Of a stretch of DNA of 64,000 bases, positions 41,384 to 50,775 are shown in pieces. Within the stretch, counting starts at the first letter, position 1; each line of letters opens with the position of its first letter. Both the position numbers and the translations under genes were made by a program. This DNA is from a bacterium (GTDB lineage: Bacteria > Krumholzibacteriota > Krumholzibacteriia > LZORAL124-64-63). The notes under the pieces are model-generated. The model was not told where the DNA came from. It saw only the letters and a list, made by a program, of their open reading frames with translations, and made no database searches. The stretch spans positions 1-64,000 of the forward strand of contig JANOEP010000010.1 of NCBI GenBank assembly GCA_031441465.1, given 5' to 3'.

Positions 41384-42694
41384 GTGGCGACCAGAACCGT
41401 GGTCATCGTCGGCCGCCCGAACGTGGGCAAGTCGACCCTGTTCAACAGGGTCATCGGCGAGCGCAGGTCGGTCGTCCACGAGACGCCCGGCGTGACGCGC
41501 GACCGCATCGCCGAACTGACCGACTGGGCCGGCCATTCCTTCCAACTGCTGGACACCGGCGGCATCATCCCGTTCGGCGAGGAAGCCACGCGCTTCGACA
41601 GCCTGGTGACCGAGATCGCCCACCTCGCGATCGCCGAGGCCGACGTGGTCATCTTCATGGTCGACGGCTCGGGCGGACTCTCCACCTGGGACGACAGCAT
41701 CGCCGTGCACCTGCGCCGCAGCGGCAAGCCGGTGGTGCTGGCCGTCAACAAGGTCGAGAAGGATCACCAGCGTTACGGCGCCGCGGACTTCTACCGGCTG
41801 GGCCTGGGCGAACCCCACTGCATCAGCGCCCTGCACGGCCTCGGCGTGGGGGACCTGCTCGACATGGTCGTGGCGGACTTCCCGGTCGGCCCCGAGCCCG
41901 AGCCCTGCGACATGAAGATCGCGATCCTCGGTCGCCCCAACGTCGGCAAGTCCAGCCTGCTCAATCTGCTGGTCGGGCGCCAGGAGGCCCTGGTCAGCGA
42001 GATCTCCGGCACCACGCGCGACGCCATCCACACCGACCTGCACTGGCACGGCCGCACCCTGCGCCTGATCGACACCGCGGGCCTGCGCCGCAAGTCGCGC
42101 GTCGAGGAGGCGATCGAGGTCTTCAGCAACATGCGCACCGTGCGCGCGCTGGAGGAGTGCGACGTCGCGGTGCTGATGGTCGACGCCACCGAGGGCACCG
42201 TCACCCAGGACGCCAAGATCGCCGGCCTGATCCACGACGCGGCCAAGGGGGTCGTGGTCGTCTTCAACAAGTGGGACCTGGTCGAGAAGGACCAGGCCAC
42301 GCACCTGAAGGTCTGGGACGACTTCTGCCAGGAAGTCCCCTTCCTCACCTACGCGCCGTGGTTCACGCTGTCGTCCCTGACGAAGCAGCGCTCGGGCCGC
42401 GTGCTGGAAATGGTGTGGGAGGTGTTCGAGCAGCGCTCCCTGCGCATCGACACCAGCGAGTTGAACACGTTCCTCGAGGGCATCATCCACAAGCAGCCGC
42501 CGCACTTCCACGGCGGCGGGACCGGCAAGGTCTACTTCGCGACCCAGGCTGAATCCTCGCCGCCGGCCATCGTGCTGTCGGTCAACAACCCGAAGTTCTT
42601 CGACCGCAGCTACCTGCGGTTCCTGAACAACCAGGTCCGTGAAGCCTACGGGTTCAAGGGCAACCGGATCTTCATCAAGACCAAGCGTCACTGA
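41384..42694 (+). CDS. der: Ribosome biogenesis GTPase Der (EngA)
   Basis: Two GRPNVGKS P-loops, TRD, DTGG/DTAG, NKVE/NKWD. Confidence 0.97.
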   Translation: MATRTVVIVGRPNVGKSTLFNRVIGERRSVVHETPGVTRDRIAELTDWAGHSFQLLDTGGIIPFGEEATRFDSLVTEIAHLAIAEADVVIFMVDGSGGLSTWDDSIAVHLRRSGKPVVLAVNKVEKDHQRYGAADFYRLGLGEPHCISALHGLGVGDLLDMVVADFPVGPEPEPCDMKIAILGRPNVGKSSLLNLLVGRQEALVSEISGTTRDAIHTDLHWHGRTLRLIDTAGLRRKSRVEEAIEVFSNMRTVRALEECDVAVLMVDATEGTVTQDAKIAGLIHDAAKGVVVVFNKWDLVEKDQATHLKVWDDFCQEVPFLTYAPWFTLSSLTKQRSGRVLEMVWEVFEQRSLRIDTSELNTFLEGIIHKQPPHFHGGGTGKVYFATQAESSPPAIVLSVNNPKFFDRSYLRFLNNQVREAYGFKGNRIFIKTKRH

Positions 42695-42707
42695 GGCGAG
42701 GGCGCCC

Positions 42708-43400
42708 ATGCTGCTGCTGCTGAGCCTGTTGCTGGCCTACCTGCTGGGCGCGGTGCCCTTCAGCTTCATCGTGGCGCGCGCCGTCCGCGGGATCGACCTG
42801 CGCCGGTACGGCAGCGGAAACCTCGGCGCCACGAACGTGTTCCGCGCCGTGGGGCCGCGCTGGGGCGTGCTGGTGTTCCTGCTGGACTTGGCCAAGGGCG
42901 CCGGCGCGGTGCTGATCATGTCGGCGGTGGCCGCCGGCTGGCCGCCGGACCAGGCGACGCCGCTGCACCTGTCGCCGGACCTGTGGCGCATCTTTGCCGG
43001 TTTCGTCGCTTCGCTCGGGCACACCCTGTCGCCCTTCGTGAGTTGGCACGGCGGCAAGGGCGTGGCCACGACCTGCGGGGCGTTCTTCGTGCTGGCGCCT
43101 TATCCCACGCTCATCGCCCTGGGCGTCTTTTTCCTGGTGCTGGCGCTGCGCCGCATCATTTCGCTGGCCAGCATCAGCGCGGCGGTGGTCCTGCCGTTCA
43201 CCGTCACCTTTTTCGAGTGGCGCTCGGAGCATTTCTCACGCACCATCACCGTCTTCGCCTTTCTGATCTGCACCTGGGTTGTGTTCCGCCACCGCACGAA
43301 CATCCGCCGCCTGCGCGCCGGCACCGAAGCGGCCATCGGCGCCAAGCCCCGTCAGGATTCGGACCAGGCGTCCGGCAGCGCGGCGAAGGAGCAGCCGTGA
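42708..43400 (+). CDS. plsY: Glycerol-3-phosphate acyltransferase PlsY
   Basis: YLLGAVP, GSGNLGATNVFR, GGKGVAT, HRTNIRRL..G.E. Confidence 0.95.
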   Translation: MLLLLSLLLAYLLGAVPFSFIVARAVRGIDLRRYGSGNLGATNVFRAVGPRWGVLVFLLDLAKGAGAVLIMSAVAAGWPPDQATPLHLSPDLWRIFAGFVASLGHTLSPFVSWHGGKGVATTCGAFFVLAPYPTLIALGVFFLVLALRRIISLASISAAVVLPFTVTFFEWRSEHFSRTITVFAFLICTWVVFRHRTNIRRLRAGTEAAIGAKPRQDSDQASGSAAKEQP

Positions 43401-44410
43401 AGGCGGCCATCCTGGGCACCGGCAGCTGGGGGACGGGCTTCGGTCGCCACCTGGCCTCGCTGTGGGACGACGTCGTGCTGTGGGGCGTCGAGCCGGCGCA
43501 GGTCGACGCCATCGCCACGACCCACACCAACCCCGATTATTTCCCCGGCCTGCTGTTGCCGGCGAACCTGACGGCCACCTTGGACCTCACCGCGGCGGTC
43601 GCCGGGGCCGACGCGGTCTTCATCGTGCTGCCCAGCCAGGCGGTGCGCCCCACGGCGGCCCGGCTGCGCGCCTGCAACCTGCGCTCGGGCTGCCCGATCG
43701 TGTGCCTGAGCAAGGGCCTGGAACTCGATACGCTCAAGCGCCTCAGCACGGTCCTGGAAGAGGAACTCGGCCACGACGCCGCCGGCGAGCCGCACCAGAT
43801 CGGCGTGCTGCTCGGCCCTAGTCACGCCGAGGAGGTCGTGTTGGGCATGCCCACGGCCCTGGTGCTGGCGGGCCGCGGCGATGGCTGGCACGCCCTGCAG
43901 AACCGATTGGCCGGCCCCACGCTGCGTGTCTACACGAACCACGACCTGATCGGGGTGGAGATCGCCGCCGCCTTCAAGAACGTCATCGCCATCGCGGTGG
44001 GCATGTGCGACGGGCTGGGGTACGGCGACAACACGCGCGGCGCGGTCATGACCCGCGGCCTGAAGGAGCTGGCCCGCCTGGGCATCGCCCTGGGAGGTCG
44101 CTTCGAGACCTTCTACGGTCTGTCCGGGATCGGCGACCTCATCACCACCTGCACGAGCCGCCACTCCCGCAATCGGAACTTCGGCGAGGCGGTGGCCCGC
44201 GGCGACCAGGACCCGCAGGAGATCCTGCGCGACGCCAAGCAGGTCGTCGAGGGCGCCGTGATGACGCAGGCCGCATTGAAGTTGAGCACGAAGCATCAGA
44301 TAGAACTTCCTATCACACAGGAAGTTCACCGTGTGCTATATTCCGGGAAGACCGCCGCCCAGGCCATGCAGGACCTGATGGAGCGGACCCTGCGTTCCGA
44401 GTTGGAGTGA
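43397..44410 (+). CDS. gpsA: NAD(P)H-dependent glycerol-3-phosphate dehydrogenase
   Basis: GTGSWGT, SKGLE, GPSHAEEV, KNVIAIA, GIGDLITTCTS.HSRN. Confidence 0.95.
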   Translation: MKAAILGTGSWGTGFGRHLASLWDDVVLWGVEPAQVDAIATTHTNPDYFPGLLLPANLTATLDLTAAVAGADAVFIVLPSQAVRPTAARLRACNLRSGCPIVCLSKGLELDTLKRLSTVLEEELGHDAAGEPHQIGVLLGPSHAEEVVLGMPTALVLAGRGDGWHALQNRLAGPTLRVYTNHDLIGVEIAAAFKNVIAIAVGMCDGLGYGDNTRGAVMTRGLKELARLGIALGGRFETFYGLSGIGDLITTCTSRHSRNRNFGEAVARGDQDPQEILRDAKQVVEGAVMTQAALKLSTKHQIELPITQEVHRVLYSGKTAAQAMQDLMERTLRSELE

Positions 44411-44423
44411 CTGCACGGGGGGG

Positions 44424-44819
44424 ATGATCGTGGCCGATCTGCCCGACAAGCTCTACTACTCGATCCGCGAGATCGCCGAACATACCGGCGTCGAGCCGCA
44501 CGTCCTGCGCTACTGGGAGACCGAATTCCCCACGCTGCGCCCCAAGCGGGCCCGTTCCGGCGCACGCACCTACCGGCGCCGCGACGTCGAGGAAATCCAG
44601 CTGATCCGTCGTCTCCTGCACGAGCAGGGCTACCGGATCGAGGGCGCGCGCAAGTTCCTGCGCGAGCGTCGCCAGCCCCAGGAATCGCCGGCCCCCGATC
44701 AGATCCGCGACGACATGTTCGTCGCCCAGGAACGCGCCGCCCGGTTGCAGGGGGTGCGCGCGGGACTGCGCGACGTGCTGGTCCTGCTGGCGGCGATGAA
44801 GGAACCCGCGAAGCCCTGA
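44424..44819 (+). CDS. MerR family transcriptional regulator
   Basis: YYSIREIAEHTGVEPHVLRYWETEFP, R.Y, LLHEQGYRIEGA. Confidence 0.9.
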   Translation: MIVADLPDKLYYSIREIAEHTGVEPHVLRYWETEFPTLRPKRARSGARTYRRRDVEEIQLIRRLLHEQGYRIEGARKFLRERRQPQESPAPDQIRDDMFVAQERAARLQGVRAGLRDVLVLLAAMKEPAKP

Positions 44820-44850
44820 AGACCGCAGATTTCCCGCGGCGCAATCAGCC

Positions 44851-44879
44851 TTGTTCCGGCCGGAGTCCCGTATTAGATT
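44851..44879 (+). promoter_or_regulatory. Candidate promoter for tRNA-Pro(GGG)
   Basis: TTGTTC-17 nt-TAGATT. Confidence 0.45.
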
Positions 44880-44920
44880 GTCCGTTCGCCCGGGCCGGTT
44901 CCCGGGTCCGTTTTCTCGGT

Positions 44921-44997
44921 CGGGCCGTAGCGCAGCCCGGTAGCGCACTTGCATGGGGGGCAAGGGGTCGGCGGTTCAAATCCGCCCGGCCCGACCA
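44921..44997 (+). tRNA. tRNA-Pro (GGG)
   Basis: CGGGCCG/CGGCCCG acceptor stem, CTTGC-ATGGGGG-GCAAG anticodon arm, GGTTCAAATCC, CCA. Confidence 0.95.
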
Positions 44998-45036
44998 GTT
45001 TTCTCGGACGATGTCGACCCCCGGGTTTTCGTCAAG

Positions 45037-45075
45037 AGCAGGGGTTTCGGGTCTACCCGGAACCCCTGCTTTGTC
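45037..45075 (+). terminator. Long hairpin after tRNA-Pro(GGG)
   Basis: AGCAGGGGTTTCGGG-TCTA-CCCGGAACCCCTGCT followed by T-rich sequence. Confidence 0.6.
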
Positions 45076-45150
45076 ATCTCTTCGCTTTTCCCGTCGCCCG
45101 CGGGGTGCCATCATGCACCCGCCACCGATCCCCGAACCGGAGAAAGCCCG

Positions 45151-46056
45151 TTGCACGACCCGCGGCCACCACGCGTTCCCTTCGGCTACCGCACCAGCGC
45201 GTTCTGGTACGCGCTCGGGGCGCGCATCGCCGTCAGCGCGCCGCGCGGCGGCGTCCGCTGGGCGGCGAGGCGGGTGGGGGACTGGTACGGTTGGACCCAC
45301 CCCGGCGTGCGGCGGACCGTGGCCCGGCAGCTGGCGCTGGCGGACCGGTCCCGCGGGGACGGCCGGCACACCTCGGTGCAACGGCCGTTCCGGGAGTTCA
45401 GCGAGACGGTCGCGGATTTCCTGCGCCTGGCCGGCGGCCGCGGCGAGCAGATCGTCGCGGAGATCGAGGTGACCGGCCTCGAACACCTGCAGCGCTGCCA
45501 GCAGAGCGGCACCGGCGTCATCTTCCTCAGCGCCCACATGGGCAACTGGGAAGCGATCGGCGCCTGGGGCGCGTCGCAGGGTCTGCGCGTGCTGGGCGTG
45601 GCGCGCCCGCACCCGAGCCCGCGCGTGGACGACTTCTTCAACGCGGCCAGGCGCCGCTTCGGCCTGGCGGTGTTCCCCTTGGGCGGCGACCCGCTCCTGC
45701 TCGCCGAGCACCTGCAGAGCGGCGGCGTGGTGGCCATCGTCGGGGATCGCGACTTCACCGGCCGCGGCGCCGAGGTCCCCTTCCTGGGCGCCCGCACGCG
45801 GCTGCCTCAGGGCTGGACCCGCCTCGCGCAGTCGACCGGCGCCTGGGTCCTGCCGGGTCGCCACCGTCGCCATTCCGAAAACGGTCGTCGCGTCTCGAGG
45901 TTGGAATTCTGGGAACCCTGGCGCGTCGCGCCGGGGGAGGCGGGCGCCGCCGAAGCCTTCCACCGCGGGGCGGCGTTCCTCGAGGAGCTGATCCGTGAGG
46001 ACCCCGGCGCCTGGACCGTCTTCGACCCCGTGCTGCTGGGAGGTCGCCCGCAGTGA
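45151..46056 (+). CDS. Lipid A lauroyl-/PatA-type lysophospholipid acyltransferase (start uncertain)
   Basis: GLEHL, LSAHMGNWE, IVGDRD, VPFLG. Confidence 0.8.
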   Translation: MHDPRPPRVPFGYRTSAFWYALGARIAVSAPRGGVRWAARRVGDWYGWTHPGVRRTVARQLALADRSRGDGRHTSVQRPFREFSETVADFLRLAGGRGEQIVAEIEVTGLEHLQRCQQSGTGVIFLSAHMGNWEAIGAWGASQGLRVLGVARPHPSPRVDDFFNAARRRFGLAVFPLGGDPLLLAEHLQSGGVVAIVGDRDFTGRGAEVPFLGARTRLPQGWTRLAQSTGAWVLPGRHRRHSENGRRVSRLEFWEPWRVAPGEAGAAEAFHRGAAFLEELIREDPGAWTVFDPVLLGGRPQ

Positions 46057-46742
46057 ACGACGTCGGCGTGATCCTGCCCGCGTTGAACGCGGCGCGTTTC
46101 TTGGGCCCGTTGATCGCGGAGATCCGCGCCCTGCACCCGTTGCTGCAGCTGCTCGTGGTCGACGACGGCAGCAGCGACGGCACGGCCCAGGCCGCGCGCG
46201 ACGCCGGCGCCGAGGTCGCGGTCCATCCCGAGAATCGCGGCAAGGGCGCCGCCCTGCAGACCGGCTTCGCCTGGGCCCGCGACCACGGCTGGGAGTGGGC
46301 CTTCACCATGGACGCCGACGGCCAGCACCTGCCCCGCGAGATGCAGGCCTTCCTCGACGCCGCGCAGGCCCAGGGCCTGGACGTTGTGGTCGGCACGCGC
46401 ATGGACCGCACCGCGGACATGCCCTGGCTCCGCAAGGCGACCAACGTCGTCACCAGCAGGGTCGTGAGCCGCCTCGCGGGCGTGCGCATCCCCGACTCCC
46501 AGAACGGCTTTCGCCTGTTCCGGGTCGCGGCGCTGCGGGACCTGCGCGTCACGACCAGCCGCTACGATTTCGAGAGCGAGGTGCTGGTGCGCCTGGCCCG
46601 GCGCGGCGCCCGCCTCGGCTCGGTCCCGACCACCACGGTCTACGGCGAGGAACGCAGCGCCATCCACCCCCTGCGCGACACCGTGCGGTTCTTCCGCCTG
46701 GTGCGTCGCCTGAGCCGCACCCGCGAACAGGAGCGTCCATGA
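46053..46742 (+). CDS. Glycosyltransferase family 2 (DPM synthase-like)
   Basis: ILPALN, VDDGSSDGT, NRGKGAA, MDADGQH, DSQNGFR. Confidence 0.9.
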   Translation: MNDVGVILPALNAARFLGPLIAEIRALHPLLQLLVVDDGSSDGTAQAARDAGAEVAVHPENRGKGAALQTGFAWARDHGWEWAFTMDADGQHLPREMQAFLDAAQAQGLDVVVGTRMDRTADMPWLRKATNVVTSRVVSRLAGVRIPDSQNGFRLFRVAALRDLRVTTSRYDFESEVLVRLARRGARLGSVPTTTVYGEERSAIHPLRDTVRFFRLVRRLSRTREQERP

Positions 46743-47524
46743 CCCGCCACATCCTGCTGAGCAACGACGACGGCATCGAGGCCCACGGCCTGAATCTCCT
46801 GGCCCGCGTCCTGGCCGAACGCCACGACGTGCGCGTGAGCATCGTGGCGCCCTCGGAGCAGCAAAGCGCCTCGAGCCACTCGCTGACCATCCGCAACCCG
46901 ATCCGCGTGCTCGACTGCGGGCCGGGACGCTGGGCGGTCACCGGCACGCCCACCGACAGCGTGCTGATCGCGATCGAGCACATCCTGCGCGACGACCCGC
47001 CCGACCTGGTCATCAGCGGCATCAACCATGGTGCGAACATGGGGGAGGACGTCACCTACTCCGGCACCGTGGCCGCCGCCCTCGAGGGTGCGATCCTGGG
47101 CTTCCCCAGCTACGCCCTGTCCTGCGCCTCCTGGCACCCGCGCGACTGGGGCGCGGCGGAAGCCTTCGTGCGCCACCATCTGGACGACCTGCTGGCGGCC
47201 CCCCTGCCGAGCAACGCCCTGCTGAACGTGAACATCCCGGACCTCCCGGCCGCCGAGGTGCGCGGCATCCGCACCTGCCCGCTGGGCAGTCGCCGCTACA
47301 AGGACGTCATCACCGAGCAGACCGACCCGCGCGGCCGCCCCTACCTGTGGATCGGCGGGCGCGGCCCCACCTGGGAGCAGATCCCCGACACCGACGCCGT
47401 GCTGCTGCAGCAGGGGTACGTGGTGATCACCCCGCTGCGCGTCGACCTGACGCACGCCGAGCTGCTGGCCGGGCTGGGCGGACTGGACCGCGCCGGGCCG
47501 CTCGGAGCGGCGGCGGGGGCGTGA
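46739..47524 (+). CDS. surE: 5'/3'-nucleotidase SurE
   Basis: LLSNDDG, GTPTD, SGINHGAN, YSGTVAAA. Confidence 0.95.
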   Translation: MTRHILLSNDDGIEAHGLNLLARVLAERHDVRVSIVAPSEQQSASSHSLTIRNPIRVLDCGPGRWAVTGTPTDSVLIAIEHILRDDPPDLVISGINHGANMGEDVTYSGTVAAALEGAILGFPSYALSCASWHPRDWGAAEAFVRHHLDDLLAAPLPSNALLNVNIPDLPAAEVRGIRTCPLGSRRYKDVITEQTDPRGRPYLWIGGRGPTWEQIPDTDAVLLQQGYVVITPLRVDLTHAELLAGLGGLDRAGPLGAAAGA

Positions 47525-48174
47525 TGAAGGACTACGCCGTCGCCCGCCGACGCATGGTCGACGAGCAGATCCGCGACGCCGGCATCACCGACCCGGCCGT
47601 CCTGGCCGCGATGCGCGCGGTGCCCCGCCACCGCTTCGTGCCCCGCCTGCTGCACCACCGCGCCTACCAGGGCTGCGCCCTGCCCATCGGCCACGGCCAG
47701 ACCATCAGCCAGCCCTTCATCGTGGGCCTGATGACCGCCTTGCTGGAACTCAAGGGCGACGAACGGGTCCTGGAGGTGGGCACCGGTTCGGGCTACCAGG
47801 CGGCGATCCTGTCCCGCCTGGCCCGCGAGGTGGTCAGCGTCGAACGCATCGAGGCCCTGGCCCTGCGGGCCGCCAGGACGCTGGAGGACCTGGGTTGCAC
47901 CAACGTCGCGATCCGGGCCGCCGACGGCGGCTCCGGCCAACCCGAGGCCGGCCCCTTCGACGCCGTCATGGTGACGGCCTGCCCGCCGCGCTTGCCGTCC
48001 CTGCTCTTCCACGAGCTGCGCGAAGGCGGGGTCCTGGTCCTGCCGATCGGGGACGACGACGAGCAGATCCTGTACCGGTACCGCAAAGTGGGTGGGGAGC
48101 CGATCGTGGAACGCTCGGTGGCCTGCCGGTTCGTGCCGATGCTGGCCGGGGTGCAGAGGCTCGACGGGGAATGA
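47524..48174 (+). CDS. pcm: Protein-L-isoaspartate O-methyltransferase
   Basis: VPRHRFV, GQTISQP, VLEVGTGSGYQAA, FVPM. Confidence 0.95.
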   Translation: MKDYAVARRRMVDEQIRDAGITDPAVLAAMRAVPRHRFVPRLLHHRAYQGCALPIGHGQTISQPFIVGLMTALLELKGDERVLEVGTGSGYQAAILSRLAREVVSVERIEALALRAARTLEDLGCTNVAIRAADGGSGQPEAGPFDAVMVTACPPRLPSLLFHELREGGVLVLPIGDDDEQILYRYRKVGGEPIVERSVACRFVPMLAGVQRLDGE

Positions 48175-48279
48175 GGCGGGAACCTCTCCTTGCGTTTCCG
48201 GGGCCGGTGGTGCATCTTGTGCGTCTGTTTCGCGGGTCGCCGACCGAGATCGGCTGTGGCCGCGGACCGCAGATCAGGT

Positions 48280-48356
<77 letters not shown>

Positions 48357-48372
48357 CTAACTAATGAAAAAG

Positions 48373-48410
48373 AAACGGGTTGCTGATCTGGTGGCCCGTT
48401 TTTTTTATTT
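48373..48410 (+). terminator. Intrinsic terminator after tRNA-Pro(CGG)
   Basis: AAACGGGTTGC...GTGGCCCGTTT stem (several G-U pairs) plus a long T-run. Confidence 0.7.
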
Positions 48411-48768
48411 CACCTTGTGTCAGTAAGTCACCATTAAGTCTACCCAATGATCTCACTGTTGAACGGTGCCGTTCCCTCGGGTTGCTAGCTGCAGGCGATG
48501 GACAACTGCGACTATTCAAACGACGGGACGAATGATATTCTCGCAAGGCGCTACAGTTGCATGGAATTGGTCCTGCATCGCGAGGGCCGCCATTCATGTC
48601 CCAGGTTGTTACCGTGCCATATGTCGTGAATTCATCCAAGTCCCCGGACAACGCGACCATGGTATCTCTGATGCCGGGCGAAGTCGACGCGATGGAGCCA
48701 CTCCACGCAACCGACGTCGGCGATGCCTCCGCCGATGACTTCGACACCAGCACCGAGGCTACCGACAC

Positions 48769-50439
48769 ATGAGCAGTGGAGAGTACATTTCCCTCATCGA
48801 CAATCTCCGCGCGTCGCCCACGGAAACGGAGTGGCTCGAGTTCAAATGCAGCCGCTGCGAACCACAAGAGCTCGGCGAGTATATATCTGCCCTCGCCAAT
48901 ACCGCCTGTCTCGAGAACCGGCCTCGCGCTTATCTGGTGTTCGGCATCGACAACGTGTCACATGCAGTCGTCGGCACCAGCTACGATCCCTATACAACCA
49001 AAGGCAAAGGCAACCAGGATCTGCTTCCCTGGCTCAGCGCAGGATTACGCCCTAACACAGGTTTCGAAATGCACATCGTCGAACATCCGGATGGGCGGGT
49101 CGTCCTATTTGAGATCGGTCCAGCTAAGAACCAACCGGTCGTCTTCCAAGGCACAGCACATATACGCATCGGAACTAGCAAAACCGAACTCCGTAAGCAT
49201 CCTGAAAAGGAGCGTGCGCTTTGGACACGAGGAATCGACTGGTCGGCAGAAGTGTGCAGGAAGGCCTCGCTGGAGGATCTCGACCCGGAGGCCGTGGCCA
49301 AGGCACGCGAACAGTTTGTCGTCAAGCATCCCAGCCAAACTGCTGCTGTAACCGACTGGGACGATCGCACGTTCCTCAACAAGGCACGGATCCTGAAACA
49401 AGGCGCCGTGTCGCATGCCGCGCTCCTGCTGCTCGGCCGCACCGAATCGGCATCGCTCCTGTCGCCGGTGGTGGCCAAAATATCATGGATTCTCAAGGAC
49501 GCTGAGAACCGAGAACTCGACTATGAACACATCGGCCCGCCGTTTCTGCTCGTCGGTGACCGCCTTCTCAGACGAATTCGCAATCTCAATGTGCGCGCAC
49601 TGCCGAGCGGTACTCTGTTCCCCCATGAGATTGCGCAATACGACCCCTGGGTGATCCGCGAGGCCTTGCACAATGCTATTGCGCACCAGGACTACCACAA
49701 GCATGGTCGCATCGTTGTGGTCGAGTTTCCGGATCGGGTGCTTGTGACCAACGAAGGGGATTTTCTTCCGGGTGACGTCGAGACCGTCATCCGACAAGAC
49801 GCACCGCAGGCACTTTACCGCAACCCGTTTCTGGCTGACGCGATGGTCGAACTGAACCTGATCGACACCCAGGGCGGCGGGATCAAGCGTATGTTCGAGA
49901 CACAGCGACGGCGCTCGTTCCCGCTGCCGGACTACGACCTGAGCGTGCCGAGTCACATAGTTGTGAGCGTTACCGGACGGATCCTCAATGAGCGCTACAC
50001 CCGACTATTGATGGAACGTACGGATCTTGATCTGTGGCAGGTCATGTTGCTCGACCGTGTGCAGAAAGGGCTTTCCATCAGCCGGGATCAGCATCGCCAG
50101 TTGAAGTCTACTGGGCTAGTCGAGGGCCGCTTTCCTAACCTCATCGTGGCCGCGGCAGTCGCGAAAGCGACGGGCGAGGCGGGCCGGCACATCCGCGAAC
50201 GGGGACTCGACAAGCAATACTATCTGGACCTGATACTGGCGTTGATCGCAGGGCACGGTCCTGTCGACCGCAGAGACGTCGATGAAGTTTTGGTATCGAA
50301 ACTCCCGGATCGACTCACTCCGGAGCAGAAACGCCGAAAGGTGAGGAATCTCCTCCAGGAGCTTAGACGAACCGATAAGATCCTCAATCTGGGGAGCCGT
50401 TCCCGTCCCCGGTGGTCCGTTCCGAAGCCCCGGCCTTGA
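48769..50439 (+). CDS. Schlafen/AlbA_2 domain + HATPase_c_4 (RecG C-terminal-like) + wHTH protein
   Basis: ETEWLEFK, YISALAN, LVFGIDN; REALHNAIAHQDY; YRNPFLA..M..LNLIDTQGGGI. Confidence 0.85.
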   Translation: MSSGEYISLIDNLRASPTETEWLEFKCSRCEPQELGEYISALANTACLENRPRAYLVFGIDNVSHAVVGTSYDPYTTKGKGNQDLLPWLSAGLRPNTGFEMHIVEHPDGRVVLFEIGPAKNQPVVFQGTAHIRIGTSKTELRKHPEKERALWTRGIDWSAEVCRKASLEDLDPEAVAKAREQFVVKHPSQTAAVTDWDDRTFLNKARILKQGAVSHAALLLLGRTESASLLSPVVAKISWILKDAENRELDYEHIGPPFLLVGDRLLRRIRNLNVRALPSGTLFPHEIAQYDPWVIREALHNAIAHQDYHKHGRIVVVEFPDRVLVTNEGDFLPGDVETVIRQDAPQALYRNPFLADAMVELNLIDTQGGGIKRMFETQRRRSFPLPDYDLSVPSHIVVSVTGRILNERYTRLLMERTDLDLWQVMLLDRVQKGLSISRDQHRQLKSTGLVEGRFPNLIVAAAVAKATGEAGRHIRERGLDKQYYLDLILALIAGHGPVDRRDVDEVLVSKLPDRLTPEQKRRKVRNLLQELRRTDKILNLGSRSRPRWSVPKPRP

Positions 50440-50775
50440 TCGAGACAAGAATTCAGCCGGCCAAGACAAGCCATGGATGCCAACGAACATTGCAACAATT
50501 TGGTACACATAAAGTTACGTTATCCAGGCGGGCGCAGATATTCATGTGATTAAGACAAGACTGTTGGCAAGCCCCGGCTTCGTTTGATGTATGGGCCGCG
50601 TATAGGGGTGCTCTTGACCAGGATAGTGGAGATGATGTTCAATTTTCGATTCACGGGCATGGTTGTCGGGTGTTGCTCATTTAGCGTGATTTCCGGTGCC
50701 ATCTGACCGGGTGTGTCGGATTAGTGATCGGGCCAACAATCCAGAACGGACCTTGACCCAAGGAAAGCTATTGCA

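Larger units (their letters stand above)
48357..50775. mobile_element. Lower-GC horizontally acquired islet at the 3' end of tRNA-Pro(CGG); no integrase seen
   Basis: Abrupt shift to AT-richer sequence and atypical codon usage directly after the tRNA CCA. Confidence 0.55.

Noticed and set aside
48361..48867. Small ORFs upstream of the Schlafen-like gene (48557-48772 +, 48466-48738 +, 48361-48867 -)
   Set aside because: No recognisable homology or clear RBS; the acidic 48557-48772 frame overlapping the start could be a remnant but is unsupported
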